Under the pieces are notes generated by a model. That model was not told the origin of the DNA, searched no databases, and saw nothing but the letters and a program-made list of their open reading frames with translations. From an uncultured Acidobacteriota bacterium (GTDB lineage Bacteria > Acidobacteriota > Thermoanaerobaculia > Thermoanaerobaculales > Sulfomarinibacteraceae), in NCBI GenBank assembly GCA_963704125.1, contig CAVPHA010000011.1:3801-67800 (forward strand): a DNA stretch of 64,000 bases. The letters are read 5' to 3'. A program made the translations under genes and the position numbers. Positions 1-10,014 of this stretch are shown piece by piece. The number at the start of each line of letters is the position of its first letter. Position 1 is the first letter of the stretch.

Positions 1-235
1 CCTGGATCCAACGCAGGCTCTCGGGCACCAGCGTGCCGTGGCCGCGGACCTGGCGTTCGAAACTCCCACGCTCGACCGTGCCGATCCAGACGGTGTCGCG
101 GTCAACCGTCGGTGCGGCGGGATCGAGGCCGGCCAGGGCCACGGTCACCACCGCGACCGCGACGACGCCGGCGGCGATCATCAGCCACCGGTTGCGGCGT
201 TTCTTTTCGACGATGCCATGTCGAAGAATGTCCAT
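1..235 (-). CDS. efflux-pump periplasmic adaptor (HlyD/MacA-like), N-terminal fragment; the gene runs off the left edge
   Basis: Open frame from the ATG at 235-233 to the window edge: MDILRHGIVEKKRRNRWLMIAAGVVAVAVVTVALAGLDPAAPTVDRDTVWIGTVERGSFERQVRGHGTLVPESLRWIQ. This is a basic tail, one TM helix and the typical start of membrane-fusion proteins. GGAAGG lies just upstream. Confidence 0.5.
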   Translation of the reverse strand, partial: MDILRHGIVEKKRRNRWLMIAAGVVAVAVVTVALAGLDPAAPTVDRDTVWIGTVERGSFERQVRGHGTLVPESLRWIQ

Positions 236-450
236 TATCAACCTTCCACCGGCTTGACAACGCAATCCGCGTGCCAGCTTTGAATGGGTCTGAAGACGGA
301 TGGCGCGGGGATCTTCCGTCCACTCGTGGGCGGTGACTGTCCGGAATCGGACACCGAGGGTGACGATTTGGAGAGGTTCGCGAAAAGGCCGATCGTCGGG
401 CTCGCCGCCTCGACCGTGGCCCGGTTGATGACCGTGTGGATGCTTCCTTC

Positions 451-480
451 GGTCGCCTCTTCTTTCATGAAGAGGCGACC
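451..480. terminator. perfect 12-bp stem with 6-nt loop (GGTCGCCTCTTC TTTCAT GAAGAGGCGACC)
   Basis: Read directly. It lies about 120 nt downstream of the minus-strand ORF 601-807 and upstream of the adaptor gene. There is no clear U-tract, so a terminator or attenuator role is inferred. Confidence 0.4.
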
Positions 481-600
481 TTGAAGAAGTGGCACGCGGC
501 GCAACTGCGTGAGGCTCGCTGTGCATGCCCTACCGTGTGTTCATATCCGGGCCATCACCGGCAAGGTCGAACCGGCGCCCGAGAGGCCGGCCGCCGGTGG

Positions 601-807
601 TCAGAGCTCGTCGTCGAACTCTGGCTTCGGGCGCCGGTGTTTCTTTTCCGCCGGCTTGCGGCCGCGAGTGCCGCGCTCCCGGCCCCACTCTTCCTTCTCG
701 TCGAGGTCGAAGTCTTCGGCGAGATCGCGATCGGGTTTAGGTTTGCGACCGGGGACGACCACCTCGGGTTCGTCGTCGTCGATCCATTCATCGGTCTTCC
801 TGGCCAT
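601..807 (-). CDS. small highly charged hypothetical protein (68 aa)
   Basis: ATG at 807 with GGGAG 6 nt upstream. The Lys/Arg/Asp/Glu-rich product (MARKTDEWIDDDEPEVVVPGRKPKPDRDLAEDFDLDEKEEW...) does not look like a GC-shadow ORF. No family recognised. Confidence 0.4.
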   Translation of the reverse strand: MARKTDEWIDDDEPEVVVPGRKPKPDRDLAEDFDLDEKEEWGRERGTRGRKPAEKKHRRPKPEFDDEL

Positions 808-953
808 CGGTTACTCCCGAATCCGATTATATCCCGAGCGTTCGAAACACACTCGGTTCGGTTCGGTTTTGCCGTTTTTTGCATCTCGGTTCTGCGCTTC
901 GCGGAATATTTGCTGGTACCATGCCAGCGCTCGAGTGCGTCGATGGAGGAATC

Positions 954-3065
954 ATGATTTTGAGAAAGATGTTCGTTTATCGTTGGGTTCGTGTTGCTTC
1001 TTGGCTGCGGCGGCCAGGGGGTCGACCAGCCGGCAACCGACGCCAACCCATTCTTCGTCGCCTACGACACGCCGTTCAACGTGCAACCCTTCGACCGGAT
1101 CGACGAAGCGGATTTCGTGCCCGCCTTCGAGGAGGGGATGGCGCGGCAGAACGCCGAGGTCGCGGCCATCGTCGACAACCCCGAGCCGCCGACCTTCGAC
1201 AACACGATCGCTGCGCTCGACCGGTCGGGCGAACTGCTCGACGAGGTATCGCGGGTCTTCTTCGCCCTGAGCGGTTCCAACACCAACGACGAGCTCCAGG
1301 AGATCCAGAAGCAGATGTCGCCGCGGTTGGCCGCCCACCGCGACGAGATCGAGACTCAACCCCCGGCTCTTCGAGCGGGTCAAGGCGGTCTACGACGAGC
1401 GCGAGGCCCTCGATCTGAACGCCGAGCAGCTCTTCCTGCTCGAGAATCTCTACGACAACGCGCGTCCGCAACGGCGCCCTGCTCAACGACGACGACCAGA
1501 CCCGGCTCAAGGAGATCAACCAGCGCCTGTCCGAGCTGCAGGTCGAGTTCAGCGCCAACCTCCTCGCGGAGACCAACGGCTTCAAGCTCGTCATCGAGGA
1601 CGAGGCCGATCTCGCCGGTCTCCCCGACGCGCGTCATCGAGACCGCCGCCGCAACCGCGCAGCGAGAGGGACTCGAGAACGCCTGGGTCTTCACGACCCA
1701 CAAGCCCAGCATGCTGCCGTTTCTGACCTACGCCGAGAACCGCGATCTGAGGGAGCAGCTCTACACTGCCTACACGGTGCGCGGCAATCAGGACAACGAG
1801 CACGACAACAAGGCCGTCATCGCCGAAATCGTCAATCTGCGGGTCGAGAAGGCCAAGCTGCTGGGATACGAGACCTTCGCCGCACTACACCCTGGAGCCG
1901 CGGATGGCGGGCACGCCGGACAAGGTCTACGAGCTGCTCGACCAGCTGTGGGACGCCTCGCTGCCGGTGGCCAAGCGCGAGGTCGAGCGAGATGCAGGCC
2001 ATCATCGACAGCGAGGGCGGCGGCTTCGAGCTCGCCCCCTGGGACTGGTGGTACTACGCCGAGAAGGTGCGCAAGGCCAAGTACGACCTCGACGACAACG
2101 AGTTGCGGCCCTACTTCGAGCTCAACAATGTTCGCGACGGCGTCTTCTAGGTGGCCAACCAGCTCTACGGCCTGACCTTCGAGGAGCTCGAGGACATGCC
2201 CAAACCGCACCCCGACGCCCAGGTCTTCGAGGTCTTCGAGGCCGACGGCTCACACGCGGCGGTGATCTACATGGACTACCACCCGCGCGAGAGCAAACGC
2301 GGCGGCGCGTGGTGCGGCCGGTTCCGCAGCCAGAACCGGGCCAACGGCGTCGAGATCGACCCCGTCATCAACCTGGTCTGCAACTTCACCACCCCGAGCG
2401 AGGACATGCCGGCGCTGCTCAGCCTGGACGAGGTCGAGACCCTCTTCCACGAGTTCGGCCACGCCCTCGACGGCATGCTCTCGAACGTGACCTACCGGAC
2501 CGGCGTCCGGTCGCCCGACTTCGGCGAGCTGCCGAGCCAGATCATGGAGCACTGGGCCATGAACCCCGAGGTGCTCAAGGACTACGCCCGGCACTACCAG
2601 ACCGGCGAGCCCATCCCCGACGAGCTCATCGCCAAGATCGAGAACAGCTCGTATTTCAACCAGGGCTTCAACCAGGTGGAGTATCTGGCGGCGAGCCTGC
2701 TCGACATGGAGTACCACACCCTGACCGAGCCCACCGAGCTCGACATCAACGCCTTCGAGGAGGCCTACTTCGACGAGATCGGACTCATCCCGGAGATCAT
2801 CTCCCGGTACCGCACGACCTATTTCGCGCACATCATCGGCGGCTATGCGGCCGGCTACTACGGCTACATCTGGTCGGGCGTGCTCGACCACGACGCCTTC
2901 GCGGCCTTCGAGGAGACCAGCCTCTTCGACCAGGAGACGGCGAAGCGGTTCCGCACCGAGATCCTCGAGGTCAGCGGATCGAAGGACTACATGGACATGT
3001 GGGTCGCCTTCCGCGGCCGCGAGCCCGAGATCGAGCCGCTGCTGCGGAACCTCGGGCTGCAGTAG
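954..3065 (+). pseudogene. dcp: M3-family peptidyl-dipeptidase (Dcp / oligopeptidase A-like) lipoprotein, multiply frameshifted with one in-frame stop
   Basis: GGAGGA RBS at 945-950 and ATG at 954. A lipoprotein signal is split by a 1-nt shift (MILRKM / SFIVGFVLLLGCGG). Dcp-like blocks lie in three frames: DANPFFVAYDTPFNVQPFDRI, LNPRLFERVKAVYDEREALDLNAEQLFLLENLY, RNGALLNDDDQTRLKEINQRLSELQVEFSANLL, ENAWVFTTHKPSMLPFLTYAENRDLREQLY, AGTPDKVYELLDQLW and MQAIIDSEGGGFELAPWDWWYYAEK. The C-terminal 304 aa is intact and carries HEFGH (2448-2462). Frame changes occur near 972, 1365, 1460, 1625, 1890 and 1985, and there is a TAG at 2148-2150. Confidence 0.85.
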
Positions 3066-3089
3066 CTTTCGCCTTCTGACTGCAATGAA

Positions 3090-3118
3090 ACGGGCGCCAT
3101 CAGGCGCCCGTCTTCTTG
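3090..3118 (+). terminator. rho-independent terminator of the dcp-like gene
   Basis: ACGGGCGCC-ATCA-GGCGCCCGT followed by CTTCTT, 25 nt after the TAG stop at 3063-3065. Confidence 0.6.
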
Positions 3119-3137
3119 TGCCGATCTCGGCGTCGGA

Positions 3138-4679
3138 TTGCGGTTTTCCGAAGTGCTCGCCGGGGTCTTGCGCCCCGGTCCGTGCCTTGACTGTCGAACT
3201 CGACCTGGTCACGCTGGGGTGACCCGTCCACGCTGCAGCAGACCTTCAGCGCCGCTGTGGCACCCGACTGCGCAACCCCGTTACCGGGCCCGGAATCCCC
3301 GCGCCACACCCCTGTACCGCCTCGTCGAGGCGCACTTCGACGAGGTCAAGGGGCTGTGGGTGGAGCGCTTCGAGCGGCGGTGCGGTTTCTGGCGGAGCTT
3401 CATCGACGAGCAGGTGCTGCGCTACCTGGACTGCGGTCTGTTCGAAAACGGGTTTGCGCGGATCCGGTGTCCCGAGTGCGCTGAGGGGTACCTGCTCGCG
3501 TTCTCCTGCAAGACGCGGGAGCTGTGCCCGTCGTGCGCGGCGAAGCGCTCGGCGGCGACGGCGGCGCTTCTGGCCGAGGACGTGCTCGAAGAGGTCGGTC
3601 ACGCCCAGTGGGTCTTTGTCATCCCCAAGATGCTCCGGCCGTACTTCCTGCACCACTGGGAGTTGCTCGGCGGGCTCGCCCGGGCGGCGTGGGAGGCGGT
3701 GCTGGAGTTGATGCGGGCGGCGGACGGCGAGGAGGGGATGCGGCCGGGGATGGTCGCCGTCGTCCAGACCGCCGGCGACCTGGCGAACTTGCACCCGCAC
3801 GTGCACGCGCTGGTGTCGCGCGGAGGTTGGACGCTGGACGGGAAGTGGATTCCGATCGCCTTCGTGGACGAGGCCTCGGCCGAGCTGCTGTTTCGCCACA
3901 AGGTCATCCGGCTGCTGCAGGTCGTGGGGCTGCTCGCGGAGGAGCGGACGGAGCTGCTGCTGTCTTGGCGGCACACGGGCTTTTCAGTGCACAACCGGGT
4001 GCGGGTGGAGCCCGAGGATCAGCCGGCGGTGGAGCGCCGGGCGCGTTACATCATGCGGCCGCCGATCAGTCTCGAACGGATGGAGTGGGACGGGGTGGGG
4101 GAGGAGTGCTATCGGAGGAAGCGGGGGTATGAGAGTGCACGGTTGGGAGAGCGCGAGGTGGAGGCCTTCGACCCGGAAGAGTTTCTCGCCAGGGTGATCA
4201 TGCACATCCCCGCGCCGCGGCGGCACCTGGTGCGGTACTACGGATGGTACTCCAACGTTTCGCGGGGCAGTTGGCGGAAGGCGGGCCAGGAGCATGACAG
4301 GGCTGTGGACGCGGACGCCAGTGCGCCCTCTCGCGCCGCCCGGGCCGAGATCCGAGACGCCCGCGCCCTCAGGCGAAGCTGGGCCCAGCTGATCAAGCGG
4401 ATCTACGAGGTCGATCCGCTGGTGTGCCCCTCGTGCGGCATAGACGAGAACGACGGGCTTCTCGCCAGGTGGCGCAGCGCGAAACGAATGTCTGTCAGCA
4501 ATCCAGCATGGTCATTCTTCTCTGCTACTCGCCTCGAAGCACCGTCATCGGGTCAAGCCTTGCGGCCCTGCGCGCAGGCAGATAACTCGCCAGCAGACCC
4601 ACTACAGCCAGCGCCAGCACGGCCAAGACATAGGTTGGGAGGTCGGTGGCCGCCACCCCGTGGATCTGGGTGGAGATGA
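3138..4679 (+). mobile_element. IS91-family (Y2 HUH, rolling-circle) transposase gene, 3'-truncated relic; the family-like part is about 3219-4439
   Basis: N-terminal zinc-binding block RYLDCGLFENGFARIRCPECAEGYLLAFSCKTRELCPSCAAKR. Core blocks VQTAGDLANLHPHVHALVSRGGW and HLVRYYGWYSN. The family-like sequence stops right after IKRIYEVDPLVCPSCG (4439). The remaining 79 codons are unrelated and overlap the convergent permease gene. A possible GTG start lies at 3219. Confidence 0.8.
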
Positions 4680-6969
4680 AACGGGAAAGGGCGAGCGCCC
4701 CGCAGGTGCCGACACACAGGCCGACCACGACCATCCTGGCGCCCTCTGAGACGAACTGGACCACGATGTTGTGCGGGAGGGCTCCGAGGGCGTTTCGAAC
4801 CGCGATCTCGTGGCGCCGGCGGGTAACGCTGAAGCTGATCATTCCGAACAGCCCGACTGCGGCCAGCGCGACGGCCACCCCGGCGAAGACCAACATGAGC
4901 AACATATTGAATCGACGCGGAGCGAGCGCGGCGGCGAGCACCTCGTCCAGCGTCTTGACGCCGCTGACGGGCTGGGCCGGATCGACGTCGAATACCGCCT
5001 GTTGGAGAGGCAGGGCAAAGGATGAGGGATCTTCGCCGGTGCGCAGGACGAATGTCATGAACGGATACGGATCCTGAGCGAAGGGGCGGTAGGTCTCGGG
5101 CCGCGGGGGCACGTCCAGCCCCTCTACGAAAACATCGTCCACGACTCCGACGATGGTCACCCAGACCTGTTCGCCTTCGTCTGTCGTTCCCCAGGAGACC
5201 CTTCTGCCGATGGGATCCTCGCCGGGCCAGCAGGAATCGGCCGTGGTTTTGTTGATCAGCGCAACCAGGGGCGCACCGTCGACGTCACGTTCGTCCAACA
5301 GTCGACCCCGAAGGAGCGGAATGCGCATGGTTTCAAAGTAGGCGGCCTCCACCACCTGGTACCCGGCCTCGGGCGCGTTGTCTTCATTTTCAGGCTGCCC
5401 TTCGATGGAAAACGAGAGAACCCCCCTGATGTTCCAGTGCATGGGGAGCGTCAACACCGTCGATGCGGATGTAACGCCAGGCAGAGCCCGGAGCTTTTCC
5501 AGTGTGTTGCGGTGAAACGCCACGAGTGCGGCATTCTCCTGGTGAGCCGGGTCGGGCATTGCAATGTGCCCTGCAAGAAGGCCGTGGGCATCAAAGCCCG
5601 GGTCGACGGCGTTGAGGTGTGCGAACGTCCGGATGACCAATCCGGTGCCGATGACCAGGACGAGGGTCGCGGCCACTTCGGACACGACCAGCCAGCGTCG
5701 CACGCGGCTTCCCTTGCCGATCTCCGGTCCGCCACGCCCCGAGTCGACGATCGGTCGTCGGTTCCGGCGAAGTGTCTGGGCCGCCGGCACCAGGCCGAAG
5801 AGGATGCTGGTGCCGACGACGGCGAGAGCGGTGACAGCCAGAACCCTGAAATCCATCGAGATCTCGCCGGTTCGAGGCAGCCCTTCCGGCGTTGCACTCA
5901 AGAGGGCCATCGTGCCCCAGGCCGCGAGCGCGAATCCGACAAGACCTCCGGTGAGGGCGAGCAGGAGACTCTCGGTGAGAAAGAGCCGGACGATGCGGCG
6001 GCGTTCGGCGCCGATCGCCAGTCGAAGGCCGATTTCGCCCAACCGTTCGGTGGCGCGGGCCAGCAGCATGCCGGCGACGTTGACGCAGGCGATCACGAGA
6101 ACGAGCCCGGCCGAAGCCAGGAGGAGCAGGAGTCTGGGCTTGGCATCGCCCACGACGGAGTCCAACAAGGGTCGGACGATGATCCCTTCACCGGTGTTGG
6201 TGTCGGGGTACTCCCTCGCCAGGCGGTCGGCAATGGCTGTCATCTCCGACTGCGCCACTGCCAGATCGACGGAGTCGTTCAGTCTTGCGATGACGTCGAA
6301 GTAGTTCGCTCCGCGGTTCTCCGCCGGATCAGCACCAACGTTCAAGGGGGGGTCCGGCACCCGGTATGGCGATGCAGCCCAGAAATTGGAGTCGGCGGGA
6401 TAATCAAACCCGGGCGGCATGACGCCGACCACGGTGAAAGGGCGGCCATCGACCGACAGCAGGCTTCCGATCACCTTCGGGTTGGCGCTGAAGTCGGAGC
6501 GCCAGAAGCCGTCGCTGACCACGACCGAGGGTTCGGCGTCGGGATGGTCGATCTCGGGTGAAAGCGTGCGCCCCATGGCAGGTTTCACCCCGAGAACCGA
6601 AAAGAACTCCGGAGTGACCGACGATCCACGGACGCGAACCGGAAAGTCGGCTCCGGCGAGGTTGAAGCTCTTGCTCACATAGCCGGCCATGAATTTCAGG
6701 GATGTGCTCTGCGCCTTCCAGTCGAGGAAGTCCGCCCCGCTCGAGCGGTCCAGCGAACCCTCTTCGAGGTCTTCGCATGCATACACCATTACCAGTTTGT
6801 GGGAGTCAGGGTATGGCAGGGAGCGAAGGATCACGGAATCCACGACCGTGAACACGGCCGTCGTACTGCCGAAACCGAGTGCCAAGGTGAGCACGCAGGT
6901 GAGGGTGAACAGGGGGCGGCGTGCCATCGCCCTGAGGGCGGTTCGGATGTCCATGCCGAGACCAGTCAT
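4525..6969 (-). CDS. ADOP-type duplicated FtsX/MacB-like ABC permease (814 aa)
   Basis: N-terminus MDIRTALRAMARRPLFTLTCVLTLALGFGSTTAVFTVVDSVILRSLPYPDSHKLVMV. There are two FtsX-type 4-TM modules, and the C-terminus YLPARRAARLDPMTVLRGE is typical of this family. TAG stop. No cognate ATPase gene in the window. Confidence 0.9.
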   Translation of the reverse strand: MTGLGMDIRTALRAMARRPLFTLTCVLTLALGFGSTTAVFTVVDSVILRSLPYPDSHKLVMVYACEDLEEGSLDRSSGADFLDWKAQSTSLKFMAGYVSKSFNLAGADFPVRVRGSSVTPEFFSVLGVKPAMGRTLSPEIDHPDAEPSVVVSDGFWRSDFSANPKVIGSLLSVDGRPFTVVGVMPPGFDYPADSNFWAASPYRVPDPPLNVGADPAENRGANYFDVIARLNDSVDLAVAQSEMTAIADRLAREYPDTNTGEGIIVRPLLDSVVGDAKPRLLLLLASAGLVLVIACVNVAGMLLARATERLGEIGLRLAIGAERRRIVRLFLTESLLLALTGGLVGFALAAWGTMALLSATPEGLPRTGEISMDFRVLAVTALAVVGTSILFGLVPAAQTLRRNRRPIVDSGRGGPEIGKGSRVRRWLVVSEVAATLVLVIGTGLVIRTFAHLNAVDPGFDAHGLLAGHIAMPDPAHQENAALVAFHRNTLEKLRALPGVTSASTVLTLPMHWNIRGVLSFSIEGQPENEDNAPEAGYQVVEAAYFETMRIPLLRGRLLDERDVDGAPLVALINKTTADSCWPGEDPIGRRVSWGTTDEGEQVWVTIVGVVDDVFVEGLDVPPRPETYRPFAQDPYPFMTFVLRTGEDPSSFALPLQQAVFDVDPAQPVSGVKTLDEVLAAALAPRRFNMLLMLVFAGVAVALAAVGLFGMISFSVTRRRHEIAVRNALGALPHNIVVQFVSEGARMVVVGLCVGTCGALALSRFISTQIHGVAATDLPTYVLAVLALAVVGLLASYLPARRAARLDPMTVLRGE

Positions 6970-6978
6970 AGCGAACTC

Positions 6979-9393
6979 CTATTCGGTGCGAAGCACGGTC
7001 ATGGGATCGACCCGGGCAGCCCGTCGCGCCGGAAGCCAGGTTGCAAGGGCGGCAATGCTGAATACGAGGAAGGCGGTGGCGGAAAACGTCAGGGGGTCAT
7101 GGGTGGCGACGCCGTACAGGCGGCTCTCCAGGAGTCGCATCAACACTTGGGCGACGGCAACCCCGAGCGACAGTCCCGCAGCGGTCGGGACCAACCCCTG
7201 TTTCATGACGAGCCCCACCACTTTGTGGGAGGTGCCTCCGAAAGCCATGCGAATGGCGATCTCGTGGACCCGTCGACCCACCGAGTAACTGACGACGCTG
7301 AAGACGCCGACGCCTGCGAGCGCGAGCCCGGCGGCGGCAAAGAGGGCCAGGAGTTCGGTCACGACGGTGGTCCTGGCCAAAGATCGATTGACCACCTCGG
7401 TCATCGTCTGGACGTTGAAGACCGGCAATTCCGGGTCGAGCCTTTGTATGGCTTCCCTGATGGGGTTTGCAAGAGGGCCGGCGGAGGTCGTGCGGGAACG
7501 GACAACAAAGGTCGCCCATTCGAATCCGTTCTGTGCCACCGGCACGTACATCTCCGGTCCGGCGTCGTCGGCAAGGTCGATGTGGCGGGTATTTCGCACC
7601 CCACCGACAATGGTCTCCCAGTCGGCCTCCGGTTCGGCGGGGTCCCAACCGATGGTTCGGCGACCGACAGGGCTGCCGTGCCGAACCAGCTGGCGAACGA
7701 AGGCCTCGTTGACCACGACAACGGCCGGTGATTCTGAGGTGTCGGATTCGTCGACAAACCGTCCGACCACCAGGTGGAGCCCCGCCGCCTTCAGATAGCC
7801 GGGGCTGACGAACCGGAGCTCCACGAGAGGCCGTTGCGCGTCCGGTCCCGGTGCAGGGGCCCCTTTCACATAGGATCGCGTCGAGATTCGACGCCCGAAC
7901 AGGGGTAGCGGGTAGACCGTCCCCGCCGCCTCGACTTCGGGAATCGAGTCGATCTCTTCGACCGCACGGCGGATGAACTCGACCAGCGTGGCCTCTTCCG
8001 CATAGCGCTCGTCCGTGAGCGACACTTCCGCGGTCAACACCCTGTCGCTTTCGAAGACGGGATCAACGTTCAGGAGATTGAGGAAAGTCCGTGAGAGGAG
8101 CACCGCCCCGGCGAGCAGCACCACCGAAAGCGCGATCTCCGCAACCACCATGGCCGTGCCGACCGAAGAAGAACCACCGGCCACACTCCGATCCGCCTCG
8201 CGAAGCTGAACCATGATGCGGCCCTCCCGCGAGCGAAGGGCGGGCACGATACCGGAGAGAAGACCGACCGTCCCCGACACCAGGACCGCGACCCCGAGGA
8301 TTCCGGCGTCGAATCCCAGACCGTCGGTGCGGGGGATGAGCTCCGTGAAACGCAGTGCCATCATCCTCGTGCCCCAGTGGGCGATCACGAGGCCGACCGC
8401 ACATCCGCCGAGAGCCAGCATCACGCTCTCGGTCATCACCAGCCGAATCAAATGTCCTCTGCCGGCGCCGAGTGCGTGGCGCACCGCCAGCTCGCGTTGT
8501 CGAGCCGATGTTCGCACCGAAAGGAGGATCGTCACGTTTGCAGCTGCGATGAGCAGCACGCAGAGCACCGCGGTCAGGAGCACCACGAGTGAGGGTCTGA
8601 CGCCGCCGACGATGGTGTCCTTGAGGGAGGAGAGGACAACACTTCGGTCCGCGTTGGTGTCTGGGTATTCTTGCTGCATCCAGCCGGCGATGGTTTCGAG
8701 ATCGCTGCGTGCGTCGCCCAGGCGCACGTTCGGGAGCATGCGACCGACCGGAACCACCCAACCGTGGCCCCGATCCTCCGCCTCGGGATCGATGGCGATG
8801 GGAAGCCAGAGCTCGGTGTCGTTCGGAAAGGAGAAGCCCCAGGGCATCACGCCGACAATCGTGTGGGGGCGCCCGTTCGCCACGAGGACGTCGCCGAGGA
8901 CATCCGGCCGAGCGCCGAAGCTACGTTGCCAGAGGCTGTGGGAGATGACCGCAACGGGATCGCGGCCGGGCTCGTCTTCCTCGACCCCGAACGACCTCCC
9001 GACTTGAGGCGAGACCCCCATGACGGTGAAGAATGGCGCCGAAACGAGGGCGCCAGACACCCGTTCCGGTGCCCGCCCGCCGGTCAGGTTGAGGCTCTCG
9101 CGAAAGGTCGCGGCCATGGCCTCGAAGCTCCGGTTCCGTTCGGCGTATTCGAGGTAGTCGAGCGCGGACATGGGGTACCCGGCGGTCCCGCGTTCCGGTT
9201 GGTTCATTCTGATCTCGACCAGGCGATCAGCGTCGGGGTACGGAAGAGGCTCGATCAGGACCGCGTCGACGATCGACCACACCGCCACCGACATACCGAT
9301 CCCGAGACCCAGCGTGAGGACGGCGAGGAGTGTGAAACCCGGGGTACGGGCAAGCGAGCGGGATGCGAACCGAAGTTCCTTGATCAGGGCCAA
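6979..9393 (-). CDS. ADOP-type duplicated FtsX/MacB-like ABC permease (804 aa), paralogue of 4525-6969
   Basis: TTG start with GGAG upstream. N-terminus ALIKELRFASRSLARTPGFTLLAVLTLGLGIGMSVAVWSIVDAVLIEPLPYPDADRLVEI and C-terminus WLPARRAARVDPMTVLRTE. Its stop is 10 nt upstream of the next permease start, so they form one operon. Confidence 0.9.
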   Translation of the reverse strand: MALIKELRFASRSLARTPGFTLLAVLTLGLGIGMSVAVWSIVDAVLIEPLPYPDADRLVEIRMNQPERGTAGYPMSALDYLEYAERNRSFEAMAATFRESLNLTGGRAPERVSGALVSAPFFTVMGVSPQVGRSFGVEEDEPGRDPVAVISHSLWQRSFGARPDVLGDVLVANGRPHTIVGVMPWGFSFPNDTELWLPIAIDPEAEDRGHGWVVPVGRMLPNVRLGDARSDLETIAGWMQQEYPDTNADRSVVLSSLKDTIVGGVRPSLVVLLTAVLCVLLIAAANVTILLSVRTSARQRELAVRHALGAGRGHLIRLVMTESVMLALGGCAVGLVIAHWGTRMMALRFTELIPRTDGLGFDAGILGVAVLVSGTVGLLSGIVPALRSREGRIMVQLREADRSVAGGSSSVGTAMVVAEIALSVVLLAGAVLLSRTFLNLLNVDPVFESDRVLTAEVSLTDERYAEEATLVEFIRRAVEEIDSIPEVEAAGTVYPLPLFGRRISTRSYVKGAPAPGPDAQRPLVELRFVSPGYLKAAGLHLVVGRFVDESDTSESPAVVVVNEAFVRQLVRHGSPVGRRTIGWDPAEPEADWETIVGGVRNTRHIDLADDAGPEMYVPVAQNGFEWATFVVRSRTTSAGPLANPIREAIQRLDPELPVFNVQTMTEVVNRSLARTTVVTELLALFAAAGLALAGVGVFSVVSYSVGRRVHEIAIRMAFGGTSHKVVGLVMKQGLVPTAAGLSLGVAVAQVLMRLLESRLYGVATHDPLTFSATAFLVFSIAALATWLPARRAARVDPMTVLRTE

Positions 9394-9422
9394 TCAGACT
9401 CCAGTCTGTTCCCCGGTTCATT

Positions 9423-9438
9423 AGCAACGGTTGTGCCA
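9423..9438 (-). promoter_or_regulatory. sigma54 (-24/-12) promoter for the permease pair
   Basis: The minus strand reads TGGCACAACCGTTGCT against the consensus TGGCACG-N4-TTGCW, with correct GG/GC spacing. Its 3' end is about 30 nt upstream of the TTG start at 9393. Confidence 0.6.
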
Positions 9439-10014
9439 GCTCATTCGCCCTCGGCTGCTTGACTTCGACCGGCCTTCTGTCCGGTTGTGCAATCGGGCTG
9501 TTCGGAAGCGGACACCGCGGTCGGGCCGGCTGTAGGTTCGATACGTCGCCGAACGGGTCAGGTTTGGCCGCGTCGTCCTGCTATCAACGGCGTGACGGGT
9601 CCGGCGTTGGGCTACCTGATGACAGCCGAAACTCGGGTGAAGATTTAATTCATGACGTATTCGGGAGGCGGTTGCTTCCGATGGGCGGGGATGAACTCCG
9701 TCCTCACGATTCTAAGAGGTCAGCCTCCTGCAAGATTCGAAATCAGGTGGGCGAGGAATTCTCTCTTGACTTCTTATAGAGGCACCCGTAACGAGGATGA
9801 CGTTTTTCGCAACAACCTCATTGCGGGCGCCCATACGGCAGCGGAACTCAACACGCTCGTGATCGACAGGGGAGCGGGCGACACAACCGAGAAATCGTCG
9901 CTGCAGACTAATATTGGAGAGATCGAATCGGTCCCCGTGGCGGCCATCGGGATCGCTCCGCGAGGGGTGATTCGCGACCAGTCAACGGGGGGGGCTTAGT
10001 CGATCACGGAGAGC

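Noticed and set aside
238-504. 88-aa minus-strand ORF abutting the adaptor gene start.
   Set aside because: It reads straight through the perfect 12-bp hairpin at 451-480 and has no family resemblance. It is more likely a 5' leader or terminator region.
3063-3140. dcp and the IS91 transposase ORF are in the same frame, separated only by TAG; a possible fusion or read-through.
   Set aside because: A strong terminator hairpin lies between them, the same frame is a 1-in-3 coincidence, and the Dcp family C-terminus ends at the TAG.
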